DNA from: Phoronis australis
Taxonomy: Eukaryota > Animalia > Phoronida
Assembly: GCA_002633005.1 (NCBI GenBank)
Contig: NMRA01000028.1
Location: 62,001-126,000 of the forward strand
Length of the DNA: 64,000 nt
Direction of reading: 5' to 3'
The notes beneath the pieces are model-generated. The model made no database searches, was not told the DNA's origin, and saw only the letters and a list, made by a program, of their open reading frames with translations. Positions 49,361 to 63,837 of this stretch are shown here, in pieces (position 1 is the stretch's first letter; each line of letters opens with the position of its first letter). The translations under genes and the position numbers were made by a program.

Positions 49361-52300
49361 GTACGGGTCAATTATTTTCAATAACGTTTCATACGGAATT
49401 CACACGTCAGACACTGGTCAATGTCTATGATTCAGATAGACAGTGACCAGCATCTCCACCTGGTCTGTAGAGCCAGTTAGAGACGGTGGTCACTGTCTAT
49501 GATTCAGACAACCAGGCAATCACTGGATAACGGCCCAGTATTCAGTGGATGAAACTGGTTCTCTAAGTCAGGGATTGCTATTTCCGGCCAATGATGCTCA
49601 TCCACAAAAGCGGTTGGTGATATTAAACATTGGCAAATGTGTCTGGTGTTGTAAAAGTGCAGTGTGTGAGTCAGGTTGTGTTGTTCATGCTGACACAGAA
49701 GATTGCTTTTGCATGAGAGTTTGGACTTTTGGCAGTTGTTGCTTAGTCTGTTGTTGACGCCTGGCGTGGTGTTCCTAGGTACATGAAGGGAACAGTGTTA
49801 AAGAGAATGTAGAATAAGCAAGTGAATCTGTCCTAAAAGGGACTTGACCAAGGTCCCTAAATCTTTTTATATTTATGTAGTTGTGAAAACACTGATTGTC
49901 TTTTCTTATACTGTTTTAGTTTCATTGCTGAATCAGTTTTGGCTTTGATACAAAGTGAAAGTGAATTCTATGCTCAATTCTCAACACTATTGGAAATAAG
50001 TAGGGATCTTTTCATGCAACACCCCTAATTTAAGATCTATGTCCTTATATATTTTCAATGAATTAAGGGCTTATATTATTAGAAACTTTCATTTGTCAAA
50101 GAGGAGCTCATAATAAAGATAAAATGATAGAAAAAGATTAGATCTGTGACTAAAGAATGACACAAATATGCAAAAAAATTATGGAACTTAGTTGAGTCCC
50201 TATTTGCTACCTTGCAAAGGTCCCTCAATCCCTCGATTTTAGGCCAAATGTCAACCCCAGTTCCCTCTAAAAATATTAAAAAATCTCGCGACGTTTGCCT
50301 CATGGGGGCCCAAAGATTCCCCTCGAGTGGTTGAAAAATTTCCCTCGTGGTTTGACTCACTTGTAACTTAAACAGGTGACAGTTTGAAATGTAGTACAAA
50401 ATGAGAGCTAGTGAAAGGGTTGGGAGTGCTGTTGATGCTGACTGAGGGTAGATGTTTGCCTACACCCAAAAAAGTTCCCATCTCAGAAGGCACAGGCACA
50501 TTTTTCCTCAGGGGAGCGATGCCCCTGGATTTATGTAGAGAGTGCAAGTCCGTCATTCACTGATATAGTGTTACACCTGAACTGCCACCAACGACGGCAT
50601 TTCTGGCAAGAAGGATAGAAAGTGAAACATCCTAATATATAGTACGCTGTAAGGTTTACAATTAACGTTTAACCCTGACTAAACTGTGTGTTACTGTACG
50701 GATCTTTTAAGTATAGATGGGCACTGTTGGAGGCAATTAATAGTCTGTAAATCTTTGCGACTCAAATAGTGCCATTACAGTCAATGTGCATGAGGTGAAT
50801 TGCAAACATACAGTATGTTAGTGCAAATGTGCTGTTGAATTTTTTTAAATCAGTGAAAACATTGCAACTTAATGTTGATACTTTTTCATACTTAATGAAA
50901 ACCTTCACTTGCCAGGTTCATGAATTGTTTGGAAATTAACTCGAAGTTAAGGTAGACTGTCTTAGCTGAGCCTGGACTCATGAGCGTTGGTGGATTGATG
51001 AAGATGTGTGCATACTCATGTCAAAATATACCTGATTTGTTTAAATCAGTCTTGTATGTCACAAAACAATAGTCTCTGTCTTAATAATGTGTTTATGAAA
51101 CACCCCTTTCCTGCAAGGTAATAATGGCTATTAGCAACACTATGTTGATGAATGACTAATTACTATAAATGGTGTTATCTGTTATAAAAATCAATTGTGC
51201 ACCTAGCTGTCATGAATACAAGTGGCTGTGGATTTTAAAAAGTGATGAATGATGCTTTGTGATTTTATTGTGAGAAGGCTTTTCCTTCTAAAACCAGAAA
51301 TGAAAATCTGCTATTTGATGGATTGCAACAAAGAAAATAATTTGTTTTTATTTCTGATAAAAAGTGATTACTATTTATTGTAAAGCAATGATTTATTGGT
51401 TTTTCAAATACAGAAGTTGGTGACTGAATGACCCACGATCCTAGTGGCAAAATGAATGCGCAAGTCCCCTATTATGAATGCAATTTATGGTAGTGTTGCA
51501 AGGATTTGGTGAAAAACATTGAATCATAATCAATTAGTAAACAGTAAATTTGAGTCTGTGATCTTGGTAAAATATTTATTTCTCTAAATGAGGTGAAGTC
51601 ACGTCTAGTGAGCACGAACATCAATGTCTAGTATTGCTAAAATGTTTAAAGTCATGTAAAGTAGGTGAAGTTATCTTACTGATGTTGGATCTTCCTCGTG
51701 TAGAGTAGTGCATTGTCATCTGTTCTGTTCTTCCACCGAACTTGTCACATTTTGATTCGGTCTCATTGCCTCTTACAGAAAACAACTTTGAAAATACTCA
51801 TTCATTGCAAAATCTGATATAGCATGCCCGCATTTTGAGAAGCAGTTGATGTTCGTTGTTCAGTGAAGAAAACTGGTTCACAAAATGCGGGCACGTTTTA
51901 TCAAACTGTTACCCATTGACAATGCCATTCAAAACCCATTCAGAATCGGAAAGTTTCCGTTAATGGAGTCTGAAAGTTTTGCAATTGCCACCACTAATTA
52001 GTGGTGTATACAAAGTTGTGGAGTTATGCAAAATGCTCATCAGTTCTAGAATTGAGTAAAGTTCACCTTTTCCAAGGCTTGATTCCGTTGTATAATCAGA
52101 CAGTTTATATGACTTTTGTTATGGTGTGCAGGTAATGATGGGAGTGGCTTTATTTCACATTAAAACAGTATTTGGTTAGACACTTCCTCATGTATCTCTA
52201 AACTTCTAAAGGCCTAATGCCTGAGGACTGAACATTGAACAGACACTTAGTTACTTTGAGGTGTAAGGTCAGCCAAACACTTGTTCATTTCATAGACTAA

Positions 52301-54553
52301 TGTGTGGATCACTTGCACTTGTTCATTAGCTAGCATACAGACCAATACCCCTAGGTGTATCAGGCCTATCAGACCTGTTGTTTACCTACGGTACATTGTA
52401 TAGTGCACTTGGTGCTGGTCAACTTGTTGACAAGTTAATAGTTCATAAGTTAAACTAGTCAGTACCATGGAAACCATTACTGAAATAATGAGGAGATAGA
52501 CACTTGCTAGTACCTAGTGTACAGGAAAAGGAAATGTGTGGACAAAATGTGGTTCACTTTGTGTTAACAAAATGTCATATTTTTAACAATGGTCTGGAGA
52601 ATATGACATAAATAAGAGATGTTTTGAATACAACATATTAAAGTATGCATAACACTTGAACTCAAACTGATTGTCAGCTGGTGTCCTTTCCTTAGACTCA
52701 GTGTAGGGACTTATCATAGCCAAGTAGACTTGCTTCTATCTAAGACTTGATGTCGTACTGGCTAGTTGTCAGGTGGGCCCTGCCTTCTTTCGTCATAGGC
52801 TTGGTTCATAGACTTGTTGTGCTCTACCAACAGAATGTTCTATTACGAAATGGAATGGACATATTAATTTAAACTTTCTGATGTTATACTGCAACACAAC
52901 ATGTTGACCTTTGTAACTGATAGGCCAAAAATAACATAATTGATTCCAGGCTGCTTTCCATAGATGCAAGAATTTCACCAGTAAATTGATTGTGTTCATG
53001 TGCTTCCCTTGTAATTCCATGGCAATGCAAGTCTTGTGTAATCTTGCATTTTTACAAGTTTCTTGAGTCTAGTGGAACATAGCCTTGGTCTGTGCTTCAC
53101 TCATTTTGAAACCTGCGACCCACAAAAGTGGCGACTGGTGAAGAGAAAGATCTCAACACATCTCACATAACATTAAGTGACACCAAGCTCTATTTGGCAA
53201 CCTGCAGGTTGCTAGTAGACTTCAGACTTTGTTTGGCAACTTGGTAAAAATCCTAAGCCACCATGAAGTTGCCATCTGAGCATACACTTGAAATAAATAC
53301 TACAAGAAGTAAACAGACGGGAGTTTGGGATTGTTGGGCAAAAACCTTAAGGGGCAGTTCATGACTGGTATTCAGACATATCCTCTCATGTCATCTGCTT
53401 TTTCGTTAGGTAGGAGGTGACCGAGGTGAGCCTGTGCAGGATATTAATTCTGCTGGGGAAAGTTGGCCATTTTCGAACATACAATATACATATGCCTAAG
53501 TTTCTGTTTGGGTGTTCTGACAGACATTAGATATTCCGTTTTCTCCTCTTTCAACTGTTACCAAGTATACATCTTTCTAGAGACAGGGACTTGCACACCC
53601 CTGTGTACAGGGTTTCCTTGTTTTGTTGAGCTCATTTCCTGTTTAGCAACCGGGTCACATTTGGTGAGTTGACGTTTCGCTAAGAGTCAAGTCCGGACAC
53701 TTCTTTTTCATATTATGAGCAAGCAAAAAATACCAGATCACCTCATTAATTTTCGAAAAACCACAGACCAGAACCAATTATATTATTTTCTTTGACCTGG
53801 GTAAGCACACACAGGCCCGGGCAGTAGTATAGGTGAAGATATTTTAAAGCAATGTAGGGACATTGAAATTTGTACAACTTGCAGGCAATAGTTAGGTGTT
53901 CACTTGTATGCTGTGCTTAACTTAATTGGCCAGCAAATATTTGTCAAATCATGACAGGTGGACGGAAGCCAAATATTCATCATCAGCGTAGTCTTCCTTT
54001 TTGACCTAGAAAAAAGGGAAGTAACACGAAATTTTGCATTTTTTAGTGACTAAGCCATTCTGTTATTACAATTTTGCCACCATACTATTCACTGCCAGTA
54101 ATATTTGCTGTTACAGAATTATGTGTCATAACAGGGAAATGTTATCTTGTATGATTACTTTCGTCTTGTTGTGTACAAATTTTGCTTTGAAGGGGGATGA
54201 AATAGATGTTGGCGCAACTCCCCCCACCCCTCTTCACCTCCTGTCATGCCGTCATCACTTTCAGTACCCGTGCCACGTTACCAACCAGTTTCATACAGCT
54301 TTAACCCTCTACACCCAGTTGAGTCTATTTCACCCCTCCTCTGGATACAGTTTTACCAGTTCACCACCATCATCACTGTCCCCCAACTTGTTGAATCCCT
54401 GCACTCACTATAGCTATGTTCATTAATTAAGTGTCATCTGTATACACATATCTGGTTACATATAGTGCTACTTGTAACCTACCACTGCACTAGACTCATG
54501 CCTTCATAATTTTCATGGTTTTCTTTATTGAAGCAGTAGTACACCATTCCTCC

Positions 54554-54836
54554 TTTTGAGGGACTATAGCGTCGTCCACTCACAGACTTATCCTAGAACA
54601 AGTTACTCCTGGAACGTGTTGTCGCTAGGATTGGAGTTTGTGTGGACGCTATTTAAACTTAAACTGTAACTTCCCCCATTTGGTAATACTTACTCCACCT
54701 TATCGGGGCGGGGTAACTTGTTCTAGTGTAACTTGTGCCACTTCTAATTCCTGTGTGGCCACCCACAAATCAGGGGTAACAAGAGCGACAACTTCCATCT
54801 TGCCCTAGTTATCGGATATGTGTGTATATGGACCCT
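54554..54836. mobile_element. Harbinger-like MITE
   Basis: Imperfect inverted ends GTCCACTCACAGACTTATCC and GGATATGTGTGTATATGGAC, with internal GTAACTT/AAGTTAC repeats. Confidence 0.45.
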
Positions 54837-57800
54837 GCACTTGAAAGTGGGGTTAGTTGCACTAGTGCAAGTTGTTCTTTCAAATTAGTTTCGGAGTGTC
54901 TGTAAATATACTTCACAGTTTCATACACTTTGGCTCAACCCACCACTGCTTGTCAACTTTAGAGCCTATTCTATGGCAAGGACTCTTTAATTGCGGACAC
55001 CAAGTAATTTCTCTTTTGAATGTTTCGAAGATTGACTGTTTAACTACCACTACTTTCAAAGTCATTCCGTTGTACAAACTTTGGTGATGAACCTCATGCT
55101 TAGTTTTGTTGAGAAACTTGACTAACCCATGTATTGTAGTTTTGCAAAAAGATGGACAATGTTTGTTCTGATCCAAGCATCAGGTTCTCTTCCTGTGAAT
55201 TTTTGCCGTAACTTCCACTAAGTCCATCATATTTTGATGAATTTCAACTTTTTTGAAAAAACAAATGTTTGATTTTTTACTGTATCATTGCTTAAGTTGA
55301 AATCTCACGGTTGTCACACCTGCCATCCAGGTAATTGCTCCCTAGTTAGGTAAGTTGTACATTGCTCTGTATACCATACCTGTATACCTACTAAATCAAT
55401 AAGTCCATTCAAGAGTCTATAATGTGTACTTAAATGCCTTCCTCCACTGTTTCTTGTGTGAATGAGGGATTGAAAGACTTCATGATTGTATGAGTCTGCT
55501 TTAGGGTTTACAATGATGTCAGATAATTCATCTAAAATTCCCTCAACTTCTAGTCGTATTTTCAATATTTTCAAACCGTGTTTCAAAATGGTGTTGAACT
55601 TTGATTAGTGTTCCTATTTAATCTGTTTGCTGTAAATTTTTAGCATTATCAAGTTGTTGCATTTTGGCTTTTGTTCTAAACAGTGCAGTATTGGTTTTTA
55701 ATTTTGTGAAAATTTTGCAGAGCAGAACCAACACCTGCCTTTCTTTTGACTCTTAGACGTTTTTGAAATGCAGCAAATTGCTGTTTGTGAGACACACATT
55801 TAAACATGTCAGACAGGCACAGCTTCTGGTTTCTTAACCTTTATTTTGATGTTAGCTTCTCTATTCTGACTGTTAATGTTTTGTTTGTAGAACAAAGCCC
55901 TTTTAGTAAATCCCAAGTTATGACTCATAGAATGCATAACACTATTTCAGCTGGAGCCCCTTGCATAAACAGAGTTTGTTTTTTATATCCTGTTCCAACA
56001 AAGAACTATTTTCTCAAATGTTTTTCTTACAAGCCTTAAACTCTCTCTTTTATTACCAATAGCTTCTTGTGCTAAAGTCTTCCTGCAGTTCAATCTTTGG
56101 TGGAGGCTTATTTGAAACATTATTTTGAAGAGAATGTGACATATGATTCATGAAATTTAGTGTTCATCTTCAGGTGGTGAAACACACAAAACATATTATG
56201 TTTCAAACTGAGGAATGGTGAAAACGGTGAAAACGTTATCAGGAAAACAAGGGGCGGTTTGCCATCATGAACAGAAATTGGTTCTTGAGCTTCACTGTAA
56301 CTGTTAAATCAGTCCCATGCCTCTCTTATAAATTTGACAGGAAGTTCCTCATTGGTTCAATAATTTTTTACTTTTACTGTCTGCGAATGTGATACGTGTT
56401 CAATGCCATAGAGGAAGACTGTTTTTTTCTATCAGATAATTGGATATGCTCAGATTATTGAAATTAATCAAATCCGTGATGTTACTGACTTTGTTATTTG
56501 ATTTTTATCAGTAAAACTCCTGCAACTTGTCTGTGGCCAATGTAATCTACACTCTCAACACGTTGTTGAATCGGTTGCTTTTTAGTTAATTTCAGATTAT
56601 TCAATAGTTTCTCCAGCAATATTTTCAAAAGTGAAAAGCGACTTTCGAGTCCATTGTTGACTGATAAATTCATTTAAATATCTTTACAATTGGCCGCATT
56701 TTAAGTTTCGTCGATTTACTTGAGATTACATTATTTCCAGCGCAATCAATTTCCGGATTTTAAAACGAAGCACGAGAATTATTTACTCCAAAGACCTGTA
56801 GCATTACCAATTTCAATGTTCTTGCCCACAAAATATTGTACTTCAGCTCCTCATCGATTTTTAAAACGGAAATAGATATCGGAATTTATGAACTCAACGC
56901 ATTTTGGTGGATCATCTTTCTGGATTCTGTGACTGTTGTGGTGTGACTGCTGCCTTTGCCTTCGGCTTTAGTTAAATGTGACTGACTATGGATGTGTGGG
57001 GGTGGTGTTTTGGTCCCTGGGTGTCATTCCAATCCCCGGGGTTCCTGTTTTAAAGATCGGGGTTTGTGTTTTTCGGGCTGTATAGCTGCTTTGAAGCTAC
57101 AGGAGTCTGATTTCGACTTCGGGATATCTGTTTTACACTGGAGTTCTAACTTCGATTGAACACCTTGTCACTTGATGCAGACAGCAGCTCAGCTTGTAGA
57201 TATCAGTCTGTGGTGGCTGACTACACAAATGACATCCATAGTTCTGTAGCCTCTGTAACCATGTTGTCAAAATTGACCTCATCAAGATACAGTGTGTTAA
57301 AAGTTCTTACCAAACTCTCTTTGAGAGCTCACTTGCTCTCAACACTTAAGTCTGTTATTGATTGTACTCAGTTTGTGTTGATAATCAACTAGAACATTTT
57401 AAGCAGCCATTAATTGAATTTGATGGATATAACATTACAACCAAGTAATACACTGTAGTTGAAACATGATCGATAATTTCAAAACTTATTTACAGTCTAG
57501 GCATTCCATAATTTCAGTATACATTTTTCAATTTACATTTGCATGAACGTCATAAAAGAGCATTTTCATAAAAGAGCATTTATGTGTAAAATGGACATAT
57601 TCAGCTGGTAATCCAGAGACGGTAGTCATGGTTGCGACAGAAATACTCCTAAGTTTGGCTTTAGGAACTTTTGGATTTTTTGAATCGCAAGGCTATCTCT
57701 ATGGAATTACTGAAAAAACAAGTTATGTCCACCAAATGCTCAGAAGATTATGTCAATTGTATGTTGCAGAACCCATGTTAATGTTTGGCGAAATCAAGTC

Positions 57801-60299
57801 GTGACAATATATTTTTAACTCGTTGAATTTTCATAGTTGTTACCACTGCTTTACTTTTTCCCAAGTTGTAAACAAAGACCATCTCATGTAGATTTTGTGT
57901 GGTGTCGTGATATAACAATGGAAACCCAGTATGTACCCCCCCCATGGTTCCTAGGACTGAAGCCAATTAAAGTTGCTAAGTGTGCAATGCGCACATTATT
58001 CTGACATGTGGATTACATGTCTGTTAACTGAATTAATTCTACTCATCTACAATATGAATTCTCATACTTTGTCAGTTGATAGATTTGTATAATTCCCACT
58101 TTCATCAAGAGTTCAATGAATCTGATCCAGGGTCGTATTGTGTGGAGTCAGCAATTGCCACATTAGCCATGTCTTCACTGCAATAAAATGCTTGCTAAAA
58201 TAAATTAATATATTGTGTACTAAAGCTGGTGATATTTCAAGTAATGTTTGGGTTCTGAAATTGAAAGCCTTGTAAAAAGTTAAGTCATGATGACTTTACC
58301 CGAAGAAAAAAGATAAAAATTACCTAAAATATTTGCGTTGGGTTTCAGTTCTGTGTTATTCATTGATGAACAGTTTTAGTAACTCTTTGAATCTTGTAGA
58401 TAATTGGTGTGGAGTCATGATGCTAGACAAAAGTGCGCTGGAGTGCAAGATTGATCTGTACTAGCCTCTATTTAGAAACTTGTCGTCTGGAGGTGAAACC
58501 AAATTAGACTCTTGTATAATGTCCTTCGCCAGTTTGATTTCCAATCATTACTTAATGTATTTTCAACACCTCTATCTCAATTGTAAAAGCTGAAACTGAT
58601 AAATGTTACCTATCTCTATCATGTTCTTGCTTTTGCGACAAAGTTGGTCATCAACTTGAAAATGCTATTTTATACTCGTGAAATGCTTCAGGTCTCTTTC
58701 ACCTGGGGAATGATGTCTTTGCCTTCTGGTAAGGGAACTTTCCAATGAGGGTAGCCCCCCATAATCACCCCTCATCAATCACTGCCTTCGTGTTTGAGTA
58801 GTCAGTTTTAGTTTTTGGATTATACTTTTTCGTTGACCTCTTTCTGCCTTACTCTTTGAAGGATCTCCATGGAAATTAGTACAAGTATGCATTCCAATCA
58901 AGAAGACAACAGGTGACATTTTAGCAGGAAAGCCAAATCTTGGGTCTCCATAAAACTATCAGAATGTGATGGTGATTATTGAAGTTGACAAGCTACTGGC
59001 TTTAATATTTTTTCAAATGATCATTGAGTTTTCGTGAGTCGTATTTTTTACCGTACATTTACTACCCAGTGAACGACTGTGGTGTACTGTTACCCTACAC
59101 AGGGATATTAACTCCTTGCAGTATACTTGGGGACTCAACAATAAAATGCTGGTTTTTGTAATGTTGCAGGGAAATGGCAAAAAATTATGCTTATATGTGA
59201 ATTTATGATATTAATATTTAAACATTGCTTGTTTGTTTTGATATGGACTCTTTTGGTTTATGCTCTAGGGGAAAGGTCCGCCAGCGGCCTGCCTTAAATG
59301 AACTGGTAGTAACTATTTTTGATTCTTGGGAATTATTTTGAATTGGGTGGTTGTCTTCTTTGAATGAGTCTGCAAGCTATGCACAGGCACACGTGACTTG
59401 CTGTTTCATGGACCATGGTGCATTCTTTGTTAACTGCAGAACACATTTGTCCCAGTGCTGAGTCTGCTTGACCAGATAAAATCCAGGTCACTCATTCAGC
59501 TCCCATATATTCTGGTCCTACAACAGAAGGTCTGGTCTATGCGGTCTATGCATGCCAGTGACCTGAGTGTTCATGTTCTTCTTTCTGTCTAACATTATGT
59601 CAAAACTTATTAGAGTGGATTATTACTCTAACTTTGGTTTAAAAGTCTGCAAGTTGTGGTATCACAACCTTGGTTAAAACAGCCTTGATACAAACTGTGG
59701 ATTAAATATCAGTTGAGAAGTGATGTTCTTGCAGTTATCAGTGATTAATGTCAAGCCTAGTAGTCACATTGATCAGGAACCTGGGAATAGTTGTGAATTG
59801 TGTGTCTTTGTGCATTTTTTGTTAAAATGCAAATATAAATTCGTATATATTGACATTCAAATTCAAAACTTGACTCGTTTCCTTAGACCTGTGTTTCTGA
59901 TATGAAATGTGTCCCTACGATAAACAGAGTTGAAATTCATTTGACAAAATCATGTGCTCAATGTCTTCTGGACTAGAAAGTGTCCAAATCAGGAAATTTG
60001 TGGATAGCCATCAACAAAAACTGATATGCGGTATTGTTTGCATCTTCTGCATTTAAAAATTTTATGGTAAAATCTCACCAATTTTGGACAAAAATAATTG
60101 CCAAAAATACCCTTTTTTCATTTTTCAAGAGCTTATGTCAATGGTCACGCTTTTCCCACATCTTTTGGCAGTACCTGTGTTCAGGCCTACACAGGAGTTT
60201 GAGAACAGGATTAACAGTTCACATCCCACTACATGTAGTACGCACTTGGTCAATTTTTAGGATTCAGCCTCTCCTGGGGAAAATATAATTGCAGGTGTT

Positions 60300-60485
60300 C
60301 AGGCTGCTCAGGTGTTCTCATTTCTCTGATCACCTGGCACCATTTTTAGGCTTTATTAATATACAGATAAGATAAAACTGGGCTGAGGAGCTAGAGACCC
60401 GACTCAATGGTCTACCAGTGGGCCCCAGTGGGACTCAGACCCACGTCTGAAGTGAAGGAAGTGGACACTTATCCTACTAGGCCAC
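60300..60485 (-). mobile_element. tRNA-derived SINE
   Basis: Minus strand reads GTGGCCTAGTAGGATAAG (A box) .. GGGTCTGAGTCCCAC (B-box-like), with the same body as 33032-33200. Confidence 0.65.
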
Positions 60486-61330
60486 ATTGCCTCCTCCAGT
60501 CAGGGGAGGGGACATAAATGATTTTTTTGCATTTGGCATCAAGCATTTTTAATAGCATAGTGTTGTAAAATTGTCCATCTGCTCTGCTGCATTAAGCATG
60601 CAAATTAACAGAATATTGAGCATAGTGCTTTCCACATAAATCTAAAATGCAACAATTTTAAATAAATGATATACAAAGGAAAAAATGAACATCTGAATAA
60701 GAAGTTGTGTTTGTAAAGCTATTTACTCTCAAACTACATTTCAAAGACTTGAGTATAGAGAATTGAAGTATTTGCCTAATTTTTTGTTCTCGTCAATTTT
60801 AGGTTTTGATTTGTGGAATATTTGCTAAACCTTGTGGGAATTATTGGTCCGTTCCAACTGGGGGCATTGAGATTTCAGCAACTGTGCTGCTGACATCGTC
60901 CAAATAATGTGGAACTGTTGTCAGCTTGTAAACATTGTAGATAACTGATGTATAATCTGATCTGTGTTTGAGTAGTGAAATATTTAATTTCAGCATGATT
61001 CTAGGCACGTGCCTAAAGAATCTTTCTCCAGGAATATATGTTAATCTCTGTATTTATTTGATGTAGTTTTAGGCTGGCCATTAATCCTTTATTTTTCTAT
61101 GGCGTTTGCTTTGCGGTACTTGTGCTGAAAACATGTGGCAGTGGACCTCTGCTTTCAATTCCTTTGAAAAATGACTGCACTGTTGTAGATGACCCCCCCC
61201 CCCCTCCCCGAAATTATCCATGGGCTATTATCTGCTGTTGACTCTGTTTATGATATGATTGCAACACCTGTTAAAATTAAAACCTTATATAGACAGAACT
61301 TGACATTGTAGGACAGTATATCCTGAGGAC

Positions 61331-61782
61331 AGGGGTGGGGCACTCACTTGTAGGGTGTAAGCTGCACAGCTGATTAGGATACACTCCCGTTTAGAGAGTG
61401 AACCAGAAGAAAGGGATCCATTTAGAGAGCGTCAATGAAATAGTCACCATTTCATAGGGTTTTGTATCAGAACAACAGTCATTTGGCAGGGATAATTCCA
61501 TAAACCTTAACCCTCTCGCAGTGATTCTTGGACAGTATTAGACCTTAAAGGGTATAAGAACCGATGTCATGTTGCCAGAAATGAGTATGTCTTTGGCAAT
61601 GAAGGATTATATTGCACTTCTGTTGATTTTTATTTTAAAAAGGATACGAAGCTATGTAGAATTTTGCACTATTGTAGAAAGCGTCCTTCATAGGGAGTTT
61701 TATGGGAAAAAGTTCCCTTTCTCAGAGGACTTACCCCTCTGAGCAACACATCCTGTACACCTATTTCAGGGAAGTAACCCCC
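61331..61782. mobile_element. Probable MITE with G-rich ends
   Basis: GGGG..CACTCACTTGTAGGGTGTA and TACACCTATTTCAGGGAAGTAACCCC form imperfect TIRs. Confidence 0.35.
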
Positions 61783-63022
61783 ATCAGATGAACAAAGATG
61801 ATTTCTGAGTGTTCTTAGTGTATTAATCTTGTTGAATGTAAATGTAGTTCTGTTAGCTGGAGATAACAGGTTTATCAGTTGTTAGTGCAAAGGATGTCAT
61901 GTTGTCTTGTCAGGAAGTTGGGATATGTAATTTATTAAGTGCTAGATACATCCCTTTTGTAACTTGCCATTTTTTCATTGACAAGTGATATTTATTTCTG
62001 TGGAAGAAAACACTATTACTTACTACCTGATACTATTGCATTGTTCTTCTTAGCCCATGCCATATCTTTTGTGTTACTGGATGGACTCCTATTTTGTTAT
62101 ACTTCTGTTTGTTTGTCTTCCCATTGCCAGACCACAGTAATGTCTGCTAATTGATTCTGCAGCTGCTGACTTCTTTCTCTTTGGTGTTTAAGTCTTCTGA
62201 CTAGTATATATCAAATATACTAAACATATTGGCAAATATGTACTTTTAGAGAATTGAAATATATACTTATTGATCTTCTGATGGATAAAATTTAACGATC
62301 TGGCATTTCTAGATCAAGCTAGAGTCCCCGGTTCTTTTTGTCACATAGTAGTTTCGTTTTGTACAGCCTTGTTTGTTCCAAACTGGCAAGAACTGCATGA
62401 ATGATAAGTCTTTTGATACAGTGAGCTTTTAAGACTGAAATTCTTAAAGTTGCTGAATCCGTAGCTTTTACCTTTTTAGTTTGGTATTGACATAATGTTT
62501 TTAGTGAACACAATTAACTTTTACAAAAGTAGGCAGTCTTACGATCACAGCTAATAAATATTCAGTTGAAGTGTGTCTCATGTGACCTAACACGAAAAAT
62601 GCAGCCAGTGGCAGTATGCCAAGAGTTTTGCATCTAAGCATCTACTAATGAGATGTTGCATAAATCATGCTGCTTAAGTCATGGTCGAGCAACAGATACC
62701 CGGGGTGGGAATGGTGTAGAATAAGGGCCCCGGGGAAATGTCATAGTAAAGCCAAGGTAGAGAAGATGGAAACTGAAATGTTTCTGACCACGGTGATCGA
62801 TCGGCTTCCTTTTGTAAATATCGGTAACTATTTAACTATTCTGGAGGTCTTGATAATAGTCGGATATAATGTGCCTGTATTTTGAAAACCAGTTTTCTCC
62901 ACTGAATAACGGGCATCAAATTGGTCCTCAGAATTTGGCACGTTATATCTGACTGTTGCTGAGGTTTCATTGGAGGTCTTCCCGTTTTCCATGACACAAA
63001 TTGTGCAACACCATGACTGAAA

Positions 63023-63837
63023 CAAGATCATGGGCGACACTATTAAGTGGTCCTTGCCAAAAGGCGTTGAAATGAATGATCAAGCATATGCACGTGCACA
63101 TCGAAATTCATTTGACATTAGGTTACCATTTTTTTCAGATCTCTATTTTTAGTGGCACCAAATAAATTTTCCATGATTATTGTTTGAGAATACAAGGATA
63201 CACTTGGCGTTTTGGGTATTTTTTGTTCCAGGATCTAAAAGCATATGATTCGTTTTGATGTATAACATGTAAAAAATTGAGATTTTAGTCATATTTTGTG
63301 TGCTAGCAAGGCCCACCAACTTTAAGAAGTATGTCATCTGTGGTGAATTGCTCATTGCAGCACTCACTTTACATGAATCTTCTTTTTAAGCATTCTAATG
63401 TTGGAATAACTCGCAGGTCACCTGTCATTNCAAGATCATGGGCGACACTGTTAAGTGGTCCTTGCCAAAAGGCGTTGAAATGAATGATCAAGCATATGCA
63501 CGTGCACATCGAAATTCATTTGACATTAGGTTACCATTTTTTTCAGATCTCTATTTTTAGTGGCACCAAATAGATTTTCCATGATTATTGTTTGAGAATA
63601 CAAGGATACACTTGGCGTTTTGGGTATTTTTTGTTCCAGGATCTAAAAGCATATGATTCGTTTTGATGTATAACATGTAAAAAATTGAGATTTTAGTCAT
63701 ATTTTGTGTGCTAGCAAGGCCCACCAACTTTAAGAAGTATGTCATCTGTGGTGAATTGCTCATTGCAGCACTCACTTTACATGAATCTTCTTTTTAAGCA
63801 TTCTAATGTTGGAATAACTCGCAGGTCACCTGTCATT
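63023..63837. repeat. 407-bp direct duplication around a single N (63430); probable contig-overlap artefact
   Basis: 63023-63429 and 63431-63837 differ by about 2 SNPs. Confidence 0.93.

Noticed and set aside
60833-60840. CSL/Su(H) site TGTGGGAA in Mastermind intron 1 suggesting autoregulation
   Set aside because: A single unpaired 8-mer in 15 kb is compatible with chance.
63149-63775. Two near-identical 72-aa ORFs
   Set aside because: They lie in a 407-bp duplication around a single N, a likely assembly overlap. No homology.
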